A program made the position numbers and the translations under genes. 64,000 nucleotides of DNA from a virus (lineage: Duplodnaviria; Caudoviricetes): positions 7,598 to 71,597 of the IMG/VR virus record IMGVR_UViG_2857192945_000001. The stretch is one strand, 5' to 3'. Every line of letters starts with the position of its first letter. Within the stretch, counting starts at the first letter, position 1. This document shows positions 19,125-30,200 of this stretch, one piece after another. The notes below the pieces were generated by a model. That model worked only from the letters and a program-made list of their open reading frames with translations, had not been told where the DNA came from and made no database searches.

Positions 19125-19613
19125 ATGGCCCTTATCGCTATGACCGTGCACGACACGGTGGAACACGTTTCCGATCTTGATCCGTGCAAGAAGAAGACCA
19201 AGGTTCCGGTCGACCCGAACGATCCGTCGAAGGGTATGAAGGACGAAGTCACCATCGAAGAAGGTGCGACGAAGTTCTTCCTGAAGCCTCTCGACGTCTT
19301 CCTCATGGGCTACATCTACGACAACGCCTCCTCGCTCTCGGGCAAGCAGGGCTCTGACGAAATCGGCATCAAGACCCGCGTCAATCAGACGAACATCGAT
19401 GCTGTTCGCCACGGCCTGGCAGGCTTCTCGAACTTCAAGGACGCCAAGGGCAACGACATTCCGTTCCAGACGGTCAAGGTGCAGGTCAACGGTCGCGAAT
19501 ACGAAGTAGCCGACGACGCAACCATGTCGAAGGTGGGCATTCGTCTCACCCAGGAACTCGGCGCCCGTATCAAGGAGATCAGTGAGGTCTCCGCGGACGA
19601 AGAAAAAAACTGA
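19125..19613 (+). CDS. Tail assembly chaperone (gpG-like)
   Basis: AGGAGG SD; ends GAA AAA AAC TGA containing slippery A AAA AAC. Confidence 0.75.
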   Translation: MALIAMTVHDTVEHVSDLDPCKKKTKVPVDPNDPSKGMKDEVTIEEGATKFFLKPLDVFLMGYIYDNASSLSGKQGSDEIGIKTRVNQTNIDAVRHGLAGFSNFKDAKGNDIPFQTVKVQVNGREYEVADDATMSKVGIRLTQELGARIKEISEVSADEEKN

Positions 19614-20038
19614 GGCTGGGCGTCACCGCCGTCAGGTTGATGCCCGAACGTCAGTGCGACGGGTGCAAGAAGAAGGACACTTGGGGATGCACAGCAATAA
19701 GGCTGAGGCACCCCGAGCCCGGTGAACCGGATCTGCCGAGGAATTGGCTCAGACCAGCGGCTCAGCCGGTCACCATCATGGGGGAGACGACATACGCCTG
19801 CCCCAGACAGCATATCCACGAGAACCCCAGGCTCTGGGCGTGGATGCTTAAGTTCTACGGCTTGTACAAGCGCGGGTTTCTCCCTGGTGGGGGCGGCGTC
19901 CTGAGTCAGTCCAATAAAGCCCTCGAAGTGTTCCGTATCCTCGACGACGCCAATGATCAGTGTGACCGGGCGGAAGCGGAGAAGATCAAGAAGCAGCAAG
20001 CCAGGCGTGGGCCGAGCAGTCAGAGGCCGAAAAAGTAG
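19610..20038 (+). CDS. Tail assembly chaperone -1 frameshift extension (gpT-like)
   Basis: -1 frame is open from 19610 into ORF 19637..20038; Cys-rich with LPGGGGVLSQ motif; precedes tape measure gene. Confidence 0.7.
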   Translation: MRLGVTAVRLMPERQCDGCKKKDTWGCTAIRLRHPEPGEPDLPRNWLRPAAQPVTIMGETTYACPRQHIHENPRLWAWMLKFYGLYKRGFLPGGGGVLSQSNKALEVFRILDDANDQCDRAEAEKIKKQQARRGPSSQRPKK

Positions 20039-20072
20039 TTAGTGCAATTAATTGCATGTTGCGGAGCGGCAT

Positions 20073-23000
20073 ATGAACCCTGAAGAGCTCGAATTCATCC
20101 TGAAGATGCGGGACGAGGCAAGTGCCCTCCTCGATAAGATCGGGGACAGTCTCAAGAAGACCGGCGACGGCGCCAAGAAGTTTGGCGACGAGAATGAAAA
20201 GGCCGGAGGTAAGCTCGACAACCTCGTGAAGAAAGCCAAGGAGGCCACCGTTGCACTCGGTGGTCTCTACGCTTCCATGCGGACCCTGCAGGGCACGGTG
20301 GGGGCTTGGGGCCAGTACGAACTCGGCTTGGTAGGCGTGGTGAAGACCACGAATATGGCCGGTCGCGAGCTGGATGATTTCCGCAAGAAGTTCGACAACC
20401 TGAACCGAGGCATGAACGGCATCGACACCGGTCAGCTTCAGCAGCTTTCCGAGACGGTTGGCCAGCTGGGCGTCAAGGGCGTCGACAACATCGTCAGCAT
20501 GACTGAGGTGCTCGGCAAGCTGGGCGTCACGACCGATATCGTTGGCGCGCAGGGGGCGTCTGCAGTTTCCCGTATCCTGACGCTCACGGGCGAGGGGGCG
20601 AAGGCCGTTGGTGAGTTCGGTGACGCGCTGAACTACCTCGGCAACAACACAGCAGCCACCGAAAGCGAAATCCTCGACATGGCCACGGTTCTGGCGCAGT
20701 CGACCGCAGAATTTGGGATGAGCTCCAAGAACATTCTCGCTCTCTCGGCAGGCGCTCGTCAGTTGGGCGTCAATTTCGAGCTCTTCGGCACGTCCTCTGG
20801 TCGCGTTCTCCGCAGCCTTCGCGACGGCTTGGCGAACAACACGACGGGCTTCAAGTCGTTCCTGCAGGTCACGAACATGACCCGCGAGCAGTTCGCAACG
20901 TTGCTCGAGGAGAAGCCGGAGGAGGTCCTACTCAAGTTCGCTGAAGCCTACAACAGCTTGACGGCCTCGGGTGGCTCCAAGGGATTGCTCCAGGCTCTGG
21001 GCATGGACACCGACGAAATCAAGCGCGTCTTTGGTGCGATTGGCACGCAGGTGGATGCGGTGCGTGACAAGCTGCGTCTCGTGCAGAGTCCGGACATGGA
21101 AGGCGCTCTCGATCGCGAGGCTCAGCAGTTCTTCGAAGCGCAGAACAACCAGATCCAGGGGATGGTTAAGGCGTACACGTTGCTCAAGGCATCGATTGGT
21201 GAAGCCCTGTCCCCGCTCACCGGCCCGCTCATCACCGCAGCCACTGGAACCCTGAATGCCCTGACCGACGTCATCCAGGGGCTTCCGGTCGTCATCAAGC
21301 AGGTAGCGGCAGCGTTCATCGTCTTGGCGCCGGCCATCGGTGGTGTGATCGCGGCGTCCAGGCTGCTGGCACCGCTTCTGACGACTATGGGCTTCAGCGG
21401 CGCTATCACGGGCGTGGGTTTGCTGACGAAGGCGATGGGCGGCTTCCGTGCAGCCCTTTCGCTCGCTGGCACCGTGCTTGCGCGCACCTGGCCGTTTATC
21501 GTCGGCATGCTCGCAGCTGAGGGTGTGCGCCGCAGCGAAGACTGGATTACTGCCTGGGTGAAGCGCAACTTCAGCGAAGAGAACCTCAAGCGCATGCGCG
21601 ACTTCCGCAAGGAGTACCAGGGCTTCTTCGACTTCATGGCGCAGGACCCGCTGACGGGTACAATACAGTCCGGACCTAACGCCGGCATGAACTACTGGAC
21701 GGGCAAGCGCGACTTTATCCAGAACGATAAGGGTGAGTGGGAAAAATACACACCGGAGCCTCCGAAAGACTGGGGTGACGGCATTGGCCAGATGCTGCGC
21801 GACAAGGTTCAGCAGGGCATCAAGAAGGCGGGTTCGGTCACCATCCCGATCAGCGATGACGACTACGAAGCTCTGAAGTCTCTGAACTCGCGCATCGGTC
21901 TCATGGATGACCTGGCCAAGCGCGAGCAGGCTCTTCAGAATATTCGTGAGCGAAGCCTGGAGACCCTCCAGTCCCGCAACGCCAAGATTACCCAGCAGGA
22001 AATCGATCGCGCTCAGCGTGTTCTTGATCTCCAGAAGGAACAGCTCGCGGACCCGATCAAGTTTTCCCTGCGTGACGTGGAGGACGAGATCAGCGCGGCT
22101 CGCGCCGTAACAGGTGAGGCGAAGAACCAGCTGGCTCTCACGCAGAGGCTCCGAGATATCAAAGAGCAGATGGGTATTGACGACAAGGAGAGCGCTGATC
22201 GCGTCAAGGCGACAATGCAGGAGCTCTTCGCAGCTCAGTCCAAGGCTCGCTTCGATGATACGATCCGCGGTCTCGAGGACGATATCAACGCAGCGCGTGC
22301 GGTCACGGCGGAAGCCAAGGCCGAGGAAGAAGTGCGTCGCACGATCCGTGACCTTCAGGACGAAAGCAAGAAGCTGGATGAAGACCAGAAGAACCAGATC
22401 CGTGCCAAGGTGCAGGAGCTTCAGAAGGCACGCCAGGCCGCGGCCTTCGAGGAGCAGCTTCGTAGCGCACGGGAGAGCCTGGCCATAGCTCAGGCAACCA
22501 CGGATGCCGAACGTGACCGCCTAAAGATCGCGCAGGATATTGCCAACTTCGAACGCTCGAATGGTCAGCTGTTGTCTGACCAGCGTAACCAGCTCGCCTC
22601 GATCATGGCCGCCACTCAGCAGGCGACAGCCCTTCGCTCGCTTCTCGATGACCTTGACCCCGTGGGTGCCGCAACCCGCCAGTATGCAGCTGACCAGGCT
22701 GTTCTGAACAAGGCCCTCCAGGACGGCTCGATCACGCTCGCCCAGTATCAGCAGCTGATGGCTTCGCTCGACCGCCTCTCTCTTTCGGCCCGCGACCCGT
22801 TTGCTGATCAGCTGAAGTCAATCCGCGAGTCCATCCAGCTCGCCCAGATTTCGGGTGACTACAAGAAGGCTGACGTCAAGACGCAGCAGGCGGTCAACCA
22901 GCTGGCTGATCGCAACATCATTCTGACCAAGGAGCAGATCGCGCAGCTGCAGGAGTACAACCGGCAGCTCCAGGATATCGAGAGTGCTTCGTCTTCCGGT

Positions 23001-24800
23001 TTCGTCGGCTGGGCAGACAGCGTGGGCACCCTACGCGACAACCTGCTCGGCGCCGCCAAGGATTTCGCCTCGAGCATGTCCGACGCCATCTCCGGCGCTC
23101 TCGTCGGTGAGAAGGGCGGGTTCCAGAACATGCTTCGGAACCTTGGCAAGCAGTTGGTCAGCATCGGCGTGAACCAGATCATGAAGAGTGCTGTCCGTGA
23201 CATGCAGAACGCTGTCGGCAAGGGTGGCTTTCTCGGTGGCCTGGCTGAGAAGCTCGGCATCTCCAAGTCGGCAGACGTTTCCCAGCCTGATTTCCTGAAG
23301 AACCTGAGCACTGCCCAGATGAGCGTTACGGCAGCTAATGTCGTTCTCAGCGGGGCCGGCCTCGGTGTCGCGGGCGGCACGGGTAGCGAGATCACGCGTG
23401 CTCTTCCGGCAGCGAACTCTAACAAGGCATCGGATGCGTTTTCAAAGATCCTGAACGACAACCTGTCGACTTTCTCGACCAGCCCGATCAGCACTGGGAA
23501 CAGCCTCCAGTTCGCCAAGAACTTCAATGCCAATATCGACAAGAAGCTTCTGGCGATCCTGCAAGACGCCGCATCCAAGACCAATCTCAACGTGGAAGCC
23601 ATCAGTGGTCTTCGCCCTGGTGACAAGCGCTTCCATGGTAAGGGTATGGCGGCAGATGTGCGGCTCAGCGATCCGCTCACAGGTCGGGTGTTCGACAACT
23701 ACCAGAACGCCGCAGATTTCCGGGTGTACGAGCAGTTCGCCCAGCAGGCCCGCCTGTCACAGATGGAGATGTTCCCTGAGCTTCAGGACCAGTTCCGCTG
23801 GGGTGGCTACTTCTCGGGCGGCAAGGGCAAGTACGGTGCTCTCGACTCCATGCACTTCGACGTAGGTGGTGGTCGTGTTGGCATGGGTGGCGGTTCCTGG
23901 GAGAACGGTCTGAACTCTCAGATGCGTGCGATGTGGCCTGGCGTGCAGTCTGTTGGCATGGGCGGTGCAGCCAATGGCATCGATGTGGCGGCGGTCACGA
24001 ACTCGATCCAGCAGGTCAACACCAACCTGAACCAGATGGGCACCAACATCGGCCAGGTCGCCAACAACGCCCAGATGGCTGCAAGCAATTTCACTTCGAC
24101 CGGGGTGAACCTGCAGCAGGCCGGCATGGCAGCCCAGCAGGCAGGGCCGCAGTTCGACCAAGCAGGCACGAAGATCCAGCAGGCGGGCATGAAGGCGAAC
24201 AGCTCTGCTCCGCAGGTCATGAACTTCGGTCAGGCTACCGGTGGTCTGCAGCAGCCTCTCGCGGACGCAACGAGCGGCCTCGGTGGTTTTGGTCAGGGGC
24301 TGATGGGTCTGATCCAGCAGCTCATGGGTGGTCTCGGTGGGGGCGGTGGCGGCTTCGGTGGCATCTTCAGCTCCATCTTCTCGCTGTTCCTGCACGAGGG
24401 CGGCAAGGTCGGCCCGACGTCACCGACGATCAACCTGTCGTCCTATGCAGGCATCCCGAAGTTCCACAACGGCTCGAGCAAGCAGGGCGACGAGTATCTT
24501 GCTCTCCTCCAGAAAGGTGAGCGGGTCCTCACGGAGAAGCAAGACGAGCGCACCCAGCGAGCACTGTCCGGACTCACTTCCGGCATGGGCAGTGGCGGTC
24601 GTGGTGGCGGCGGGGGAGGTGTGTTCGCGCCTCAGACGATCATCCAGATCGAAGGCGCAACCGGCACGCCGGAAGGCAACGAAGACCTGGCCGCGAAGAT
24701 CTCCGACCAAATCGACACGATGATGGATCTCAAGATGCAGGAGTTCACGGCCAAGCAGATGCTCGCTGGTGGCATGTTTAACAGGAGCGCGTTCGCATAA
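20073..24800 (+). CDS. Tape measure protein with embedded M15-like (LAS) peptidase domain
   Basis: LGNNTAATESEI core, long helical repeats, HEGG/KFHNG/LQKGERVL C-terminus; SGLR...HGKGMAAD...MHFD. Confidence 0.92.
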   Translation: MNPEELEFILKMRDEASALLDKIGDSLKKTGDGAKKFGDENEKAGGKLDNLVKKAKEATVALGGLYASMRTLQGTVGAWGQYELGLVGVVKTTNMAGRELDDFRKKFDNLNRGMNGIDTGQLQQLSETVGQLGVKGVDNIVSMTEVLGKLGVTTDIVGAQGASAVSRILTLTGEGAKAVGEFGDALNYLGNNTAATESEILDMATVLAQSTAEFGMSSKNILALSAGARQLGVNFELFGTSSGRVLRSLRDGLANNTTGFKSFLQVTNMTREQFATLLEEKPEEVLLKFAEAYNSLTASGGSKGLLQALGMDTDEIKRVFGAIGTQVDAVRDKLRLVQSPDMEGALDREAQQFFEAQNNQIQGMVKAYTLLKASIGEALSPLTGPLITAATGTLNALTDVIQGLPVVIKQVAAAFIVLAPAIGGVIAASRLLAPLLTTMGFSGAITGVGLLTKAMGGFRAALSLAGTVLARTWPFIVGMLAAEGVRRSEDWITAWVKRNFSEENLKRMRDFRKEYQGFFDFMAQDPLTGTIQSGPNAGMNYWTGKRDFIQNDKGEWEKYTPEPPKDWGDGIGQMLRDKVQQGIKKAGSVTIPISDDDYEALKSLNSRIGLMDDLAKREQALQNIRERSLETLQSRNAKITQQEIDRAQRVLDLQKEQLADPIKFSLRDVEDEISAARAVTGEAKNQLALTQRLRDIKEQMGIDDKESADRVKATMQELFAAQSKARFDDTIRGLEDDINAARAVTAEAKAEEEVRRTIRDLQDESKKLDEDQKNQIRAKVQELQKARQAAAFEEQLRSARESLAIAQATTDAERDRLKIAQDIANFERSNGQLLSDQRNQLASIMAATQQATALRSLLDDLDPVGAATRQYAADQAVLNKALQDGSITLAQYQQLMASLDRLSLSARDPFADQLKSIRESIQLAQISGDYKKADVKTQQAVNQLADRNIILTKEQIAQLQEYNRQLQDIESASSSGFVGWADSVGTLRDNLLGAAKDFASSMSDAISGALVGEKGGFQNMLRNLGKQLVSIGVNQIMKSAVRDMQNAVGKGGFLGGLAEKLGISKSADVSQPDFLKNLSTAQMSVTAANVVLSGAGLGVAGGTGSEITRALPAANSNKASDAFSKILNDNLSTFSTSPISTGNSLQFAKNFNANIDKKLLAILQDAASKTNLNVEAISGLRPGDKRFHGKGMAADVRLSDPLTGRVFDNYQNAADFRVYEQFAQQARLSQMEMFPELQDQFRWGGYFSGGKGKYGALDSMHFDVGGGRVGMGGGSWENGLNSQMRAMWPGVQSVGMGGAANGIDVAAVTNSIQQVNTNLNQMGTNIGQVANNAQMAASNFTSTGVNLQQAGMAAQQAGPQFDQAGTKIQQAGMKANSSAPQVMNFGQATGGLQQPLADATSGLGGFGQGLMGLIQQLMGGLGGGGGGFGGIFSSIFSLFLHEGGKVGPTSPTINLSSYAGIPKFHNGSSKQGDEYLALLQKGERVLTEKQDERTQRALSGLTSGMGSGGRGGGGGGVFAPQTIIQIEGATGTPEGNEDLAAKISDQIDTMMDLKMQEFTAKQMLAGGMFNRSAFA

Positions 24801-25156
24801 TGGCTTACCCAGTCTTTCAACCCCCTGGCTTGGTGCATGTCGACGTTGGATCGTCGACCAGCGTGAAGCCCCGCATCCGTCGCGCCCAATTCGGCGATGG
24901 CTATTCCCAGCGTTCTGGGGATGGCCTCAATGCGTTGGGTCGCAAGATTGAAATTAATTTCACAAACCTGGAGCTCAGTGAGGGGAATGCGATCGAGGCG
25001 TTCTTCGAGGAACGCGCCGGCTACCGCCCGTTCATCTGGACCTTTCCGCACGAGACCACGGCCCGCCAGTGGATCTGCACCGAATGGCGCAAGAGCCTGA
25101 CGGCGCCGCGGACCTATTCCGTGTCGGCAGCTTTCGAGGAGACGTTTGATCCATGA
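24800..25156 (+). CDS. Minor tail protein (lambda gpM-like)
   Basis: AQFGDGYSQR...DGLN, PFIWTFP, ends FEETFDP. Confidence 0.88.
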   Translation: MAYPVFQPPGLVHVDVGSSTSVKPRIRRAQFGDGYSQRSGDGLNALGRKIEINFTNLELSEGNAIEAFFEERAGYRPFIWTFPHETTARQWICTEWRKSLTAPRTYSVSAAFEETFDP

Positions 25157-25893
25157 CCGCTATTGCACGTACGGCCCAGAGCCTTACCCCTGGTGATCGC
25201 GTCAACCTGTTCATCCTGGACCTGACACCTATCGGCGTCGGGCAAATCTTCTATCTGACGAACAGCGTGAACAAGAAAGAGGACGGCACCTACGAACCGT
25301 TGCGCTTCGGCGGGGTCGATTACACGCCTGTAGATATCAAGACGAGTGGCTGGGAGCTGACGGGGCAGGGTCCTTTCCCGCGACCGAAGGTGACCGTCAG
25401 CAACGCCTTGGACTTCTTGGCTGGCCTTCTCTACGAGTTCGACGACCTGGTTGGCGCGAAGTTCACGCGTGTCCGCACCTACCGCCAGTTCTTGGACGGC
25501 GAGGCCGAGGCCGATCCGACTGCCTATTACCCGCCTGATATCTATCGCATCGAGCAGAAGACGAAGCAGGGGGCGACCGAGATCGAGTTCGTCCTCGCGG
25601 CGGCAGTCGACCAGCAGGGCCTGACGGTTCCTCGTCGTAAGATGCTGCGCGACACCTGCACGCACACCTATCGCATTCCGAAGCCCGGTGGTGGTTTCGA
25701 TTATTCGAAGGCGACCTGTCCGTTTGCAGAGGCACGCTACTACGACGCCAGCGGCAACCCGACCACCGCCGATAAGGATCAGTGCGGCCTGTTACTATCG
25801 GATTGCCGGCTGCGTTTCCGCCCCGCGGGTGGGGTTAAGCAGCCTCTTCCGACGCGGGCCTTCCCCGGTCTGATCCGCACGACAGTTCAGTGA
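25153..25893 (+). CDS. Minor tail protein (lambda gpL-like)
   Basis: RPKVTVSN, DLVGAKFTRVRTYRQFLD, C-terminal CTHTYR...C...DQC...CRLRF Cys cluster. Confidence 0.88.
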   Translation: MTAIARTAQSLTPGDRVNLFILDLTPIGVGQIFYLTNSVNKKEDGTYEPLRFGGVDYTPVDIKTSGWELTGQGPFPRPKVTVSNALDFLAGLLYEFDDLVGAKFTRVRTYRQFLDGEAEADPTAYYPPDIYRIEQKTKQGATEIEFVLAAAVDQQGLTVPRRKMLRDTCTHTYRIPKPGGGFDYSKATCPFAEARYYDASGNPTTADKDQCGLLLSDCRLRFRPAGGVKQPLPTRAFPGLIRTTVQ

Positions 25894-25900
25894 GGTCATA

Positions 25901-26650
25901 ATGTTTCCGCAAGAAGTCATCGATCAGTTCAAGGTCCACGCAGTTGCTGCATTCCCCGAAGAGGCGTGCGGCCTTGTCGTGGGTGAAAGTGCAATCAATA
26001 GCAAATACGTGCCTTGCGCCAACGTTGCGGAGAAGCCAACAGAGGACTTCAGGCTGAAGGCCGAGGATTACGTGGTGGCCGCAGAGCAGGGCGAGGTCCT
26101 TGCCCTGCTGCATTCACACGTGAACAAGAAGGATTACCCTTCCGGCCTCGACATGCAGAACCAGATGAAATCCGGCATGCCGTGGGGCATCGCCGTGGTT
26201 TCAGTCGATGAGGCGAACCCTGATAGTGAGCCGTCGTGCTCGGAGCCGTTCTTCTTCGGTGACCAAGCCCCGATTGCCCCCTTGGTCGGTCGCCCGTTCC
26301 GGCATGGCGTCTGGGACTGCTACTCGCTCGTGCGTGACTACTTCCGCACCGAGAAGGGGATCGTGTTCCCGGACAAGGCTCGAGATTTCGAATGGTGGAA
26401 GCAAGGTCAGAACCTGTATCTCGACTACTTCAAGGAGACCGGGTTCGTCATGATCGACTCCGCGGACGCTCGCCCCGACGATTGCGTGCTCATGTCGATC
26501 CGCTCCGAAGTCCCCAACCATGGCGGAGTGATGATCGAGGACGGACTGCTCCTCCACCATCTCCAGTGGCGCCTGTCCGTTCGTGAACCAATCCATCGCT
26601 GGGGCCAGAAGATCAGCCATTGGCTCCGGTACGAAGGGAGCTCGAAATGA
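25901..26650 (+). CDS. Tail tip assembly protein (gpK-like; JAB/MPN + NlpC/P60)
   Basis: PEEACG, HSH...PSGLD, GRPFRHGVWDCY, PNHGG...LLHH. Confidence 0.9.
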   Translation: MFPQEVIDQFKVHAVAAFPEEACGLVVGESAINSKYVPCANVAEKPTEDFRLKAEDYVVAAEQGEVLALLHSHVNKKDYPSGLDMQNQMKSGMPWGIAVVSVDEANPDSEPSCSEPFFFGDQAPIAPLVGRPFRHGVWDCYSLVRDYFRTEKGIVFPDKARDFEWWKQGQNLYLDYFKETGFVMIDSADARPDDCVLMSIRSEVPNHGGVMIEDGLLLHHLQWRLSVREPIHRWGQKISHWLRYEGSSK

Positions 26651-27234
26651 TGCGGACGATTTACCTGCACGGCGAGGCAGGCAAGCTCTTCGGCAAGAAG
26701 TTCGAGCTCGAGGTGAATAGCTTGGCCGAAGCAGTCCGTGCGATCGGCTGCCAAGTGCGGGGCTTCAAGCAGTACGTCGCTCAGCGTGACTTCCAGTGCG
26801 TGCGTGGCAACCGGAAGACCGGCATCTACCTCGGTGAGCAGGACGTCCATTTCGGTCTTGGTGGCGCGGATCTGCACATTGTGCCGGTGCTTCAAGGTTC
26901 GGGCGGTAAGGGTGCAGCGATAGGTAAGATCATTGCCGGTGTGCTGCTCGCTGGTGTCGCATTCTTCGCAGCACCGGCTCTCTCGGCTACTGCATTCGGC
27001 GGGATCACCTATAGCCAACTCGTCACCGTCGGTATCGGCATGGCGTTGGCTGGCGTCAGCCAGATGCTCTCCGCCCAGGAGAAAGACGAGAAGGAGAAGG
27101 AGAGCGGCATGTTCTCCAACGCACCCAGGATTGCCACCCAAGGAATGCCGGTGCCCCGCTGGTATGGGCACATGGTGGTAACGAACATTCCGATCATTTC
27201 TGCAGGCGTCCACACCGAAGACGTGTCGGCCTAA
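26647..27234 (+). CDS. Tail assembly protein (gpI-like)
   Basis: IYLHG, EAVRAI, IVPVLQGSG, QGMPVPRWYG, ISAG. Confidence 0.88.
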   Translation: MMRTIYLHGEAGKLFGKKFELEVNSLAEAVRAIGCQVRGFKQYVAQRDFQCVRGNRKTGIYLGEQDVHFGLGGADLHIVPVLQGSGGKGAAIGKIIAGVLLAGVAFFAAPALSATAFGGITYSQLVTVGIGMALAGVSQMLSAQEKDEKEKESGMFSNAPRIATQGMPVPRWYGHMVVTNIPIISAGVHTEDVSA

Positions 27235-27246
27235 GCGAGGTTTCTG

Positions 27247-30200
27247 ATGACGCAGTTGCCCAAGATTACTGAATTCTTGCACGGCAAGGGTGGCGGTGGC
27301 AAAGGCAGCGCCAAGAACGACAAGAACACCTTGCGTTCGAACGCTACCGTTCGCTTTATCGCGCTCCTCAGCGACGGAGAGATTGTAGGACCGACTCGCG
27401 GATCGAGGGACATTCTGTTGGATGAGACCCGTCTCGAGGCTGACAACGGCCAGCTCAACTTCCGAGGTGTGCAGTGGGATTTCCGCTCCGGGCTCCCGGA
27501 TCAGGCTCCTTTCGACAACTTCAAGGGCGTCGAACAGGAGACCACAATCGGCGTTCAGGTCACCAAGAACAATCCAGTCACCCGCACGCTGACTGACCCA
27601 GACTTTACGCATTGCCGCGTAATGATACGCATACCGGCCCTGTTCAAGCAGACAGATGAAGGTATGAAGCGGACGTCGGTACAGTTCCGTATCGAGGTCA
27701 GGCCCTACAACGGCAGTTATGTAGATGCGTTCGGTGTGATCACGCTATCGGGTAAGAACACCTCCGGCTACGACAAGAGCTATACTATCAAGCTCCCGCA
27801 GAACCCTGCGCCGAGCGTCTCCTATCCGTGGGAAGTGCGTGTCACCCGCATCACGAGCGATGCAGAGGATAACACGAAGACCCAGGATATGCTCTATTTC
27901 GCTTCGTTGACTGGCATTATTGACGAACAGTTCATTTATCCCGATAGCGCGCTCCTGGCGATGGCGATCAGCGCCGAGGACTTCGAGCAGGGCCTGCCAT
28001 CCCTCGCGGTCGAGGGCGACGGCGCAATTATCAAAGTCCCTTCAAACTACGACCCGGTGAACCGAACATATAGCGGCATCTGGAACGGTACGTTCAAAGA
28101 CGCCTACACCGACAACCCTGCCTGGATCTACTATGATATCGTCACGAACAGGCGCGTCGGTATGGGTGAGTACATTCCTGAGTCTTCTGTCGACAAGTGG
28201 ACGCTCTATGAGATCGGGGCCTACTGTGACCAACTCGTTCCCGACGGCTTCGGTGGCATGGAGCCTCGCTTCCGGATGGCGGCGTATCTGACCGACAACA
28301 AGGAATGTTACGAGCTTTTGCAATTAATTGCATCCTCATTCCGTGGTATGTCGTTCTGGTCTTCGGGATCGGTCACCGCAGTGCAGGATCGCCCGTCCGA
28401 TCCCGTTCAACTGGTAACGCGCGCGAACGTTGTTGATGGAGAATTCATTTATTCATCTTCATCGCACACGGCACGACACACTGTCGCTCACGTCCGCTAC
28501 ATGGACCCGAACGACCTGTATAAGTCGGCGGTCGAGGTGGTTCGCGACCCCCAGGCGATCCTTCGCTATGGCGAGCGGGTCAAGGAGGTGAATGCTTTCG
28601 GCTGCACGTCTCGAGGCCAGGCTCGACGCTTGGGCATGTGGATCTTGCAGTCCGAGCTCTACGAAACCCAGACTGTCACCTATCGGGCCGGTATGGATCA
28701 CGCTTCTCTGAAGCCTGGCGACGATATCTTGATCATGGACGAGCGCATATCTGGCGTCGACAACGGTGGCCGCCTAAAAAGATACCAGTCCGCCACGAGT
28801 GTCACGCTCGACCGTGAAGTTACCTTGAAGAGCGGGGTAAGTTATTCGCTCTACGTGATGATGCCTGACGGATCGGTTGCCAGCAGCCCAGTCGTTGGTG
28901 GTGCCGGGTCCAGGTCGACGCTCGCGCTCGGAACGGCTTTACCACAGCAGCCTGTCTCGGCGGCTGTGTGGGTTCTCTCTGCTTCCAACGTCGCTCCTAG
29001 GCCGTTTCGGGTTCTGGCTAACACGGAGAAGGAAGACCACATCTTCGAGATAACGGCGCTGCAGAAGCATGTCCCGAAGTATGAGTTTGTCGATCGCTCC
29101 GCCCGCTTCGATACGCCAAGCTACCGTGAAGAGCGAGAGCTCACGCCTCCAAAAAACCTGACGGCCAAGGAGTACAGCTATTTCGTCAACGGCGTGCCGA
29201 AGGTTGGGCTGACGGTATCGTGGGAGGGTGATGCTAAGAACCTGGCGTCTGTGTTCCGCGTCGAGATCGAGTCTCCGAACGATCAGGATCGCTTCACCTA
29301 TCCACGTGTCTCGGGGTTTTCGGTCGATGTTGAGGACGTCATTCCTGGTCTTTATACGATCAAGGTGTACACGCTCGGCGTTTCGAATGGCCGCTCTGAT
29401 CCGGCGACGCTCTTGTACGATGCCATGGGTTGGGGTGAGGTCGCCGTTCCGGAGGTTCGCAACCTCCAACTGGCACGCCCGTTTGAAAGTCCGGACTGCG
29501 AGATCAAGTGGGAAAACTATTTCCCTGGCGGGCCAACGAACAACTCCATGTACAAGATGAACACGGTTCGCGTCTACGGCTTGGTCGATGGCGAGCGCGT
29601 GCTTCGCCGCGAAGAGAATGTGTTCGAGCCAAAGTACACGTACACTATCGACAAAAACCGGACCGACGGGAAACCTGCTCGCCGGCTGTTCTTCGAGGTC
29701 ACCGCCACTTTCATTGTGACGGGGATTGACCGCACGTCGGTGCCCGCAGAGCTAACAGCATACAATCCGCCGATTGACGCTCCAGCCGTAAAGGTGGACT
29801 CGGGCTTCGGTCAGATCCTTATTTCGTGGGGCGCGACCGTCGACACTGACTATGTCAAGACAAAGGTATGGGCCGAGCCGTTAAGTGGCTACGATCCGAC
29901 GGCCACGACACCTGTATTTGAGGGGCAGGCTGGCCTGTACCCATTCCAGGTGGGTAACTCTATACCGATTTATGTCAGGGTCGCTCACATCGACTCGTTC
30001 TCGGAAGACGACTTCCTGGCATCGTCCGAGGTGATGGGACAGGCACTTGAAGTAACAATCGACACCGAGCCGCCTGCGACCCCGACCGGACTGGCGCTCA
30101 TCTCTACGGTTCTGGAAGACGATCCCGGCTATGTGCAGTTAATTGCAAAGTGGGACGCAAATACCGAGGAAGACCTCGCGGGTTATGAGGTTCAGATCAA

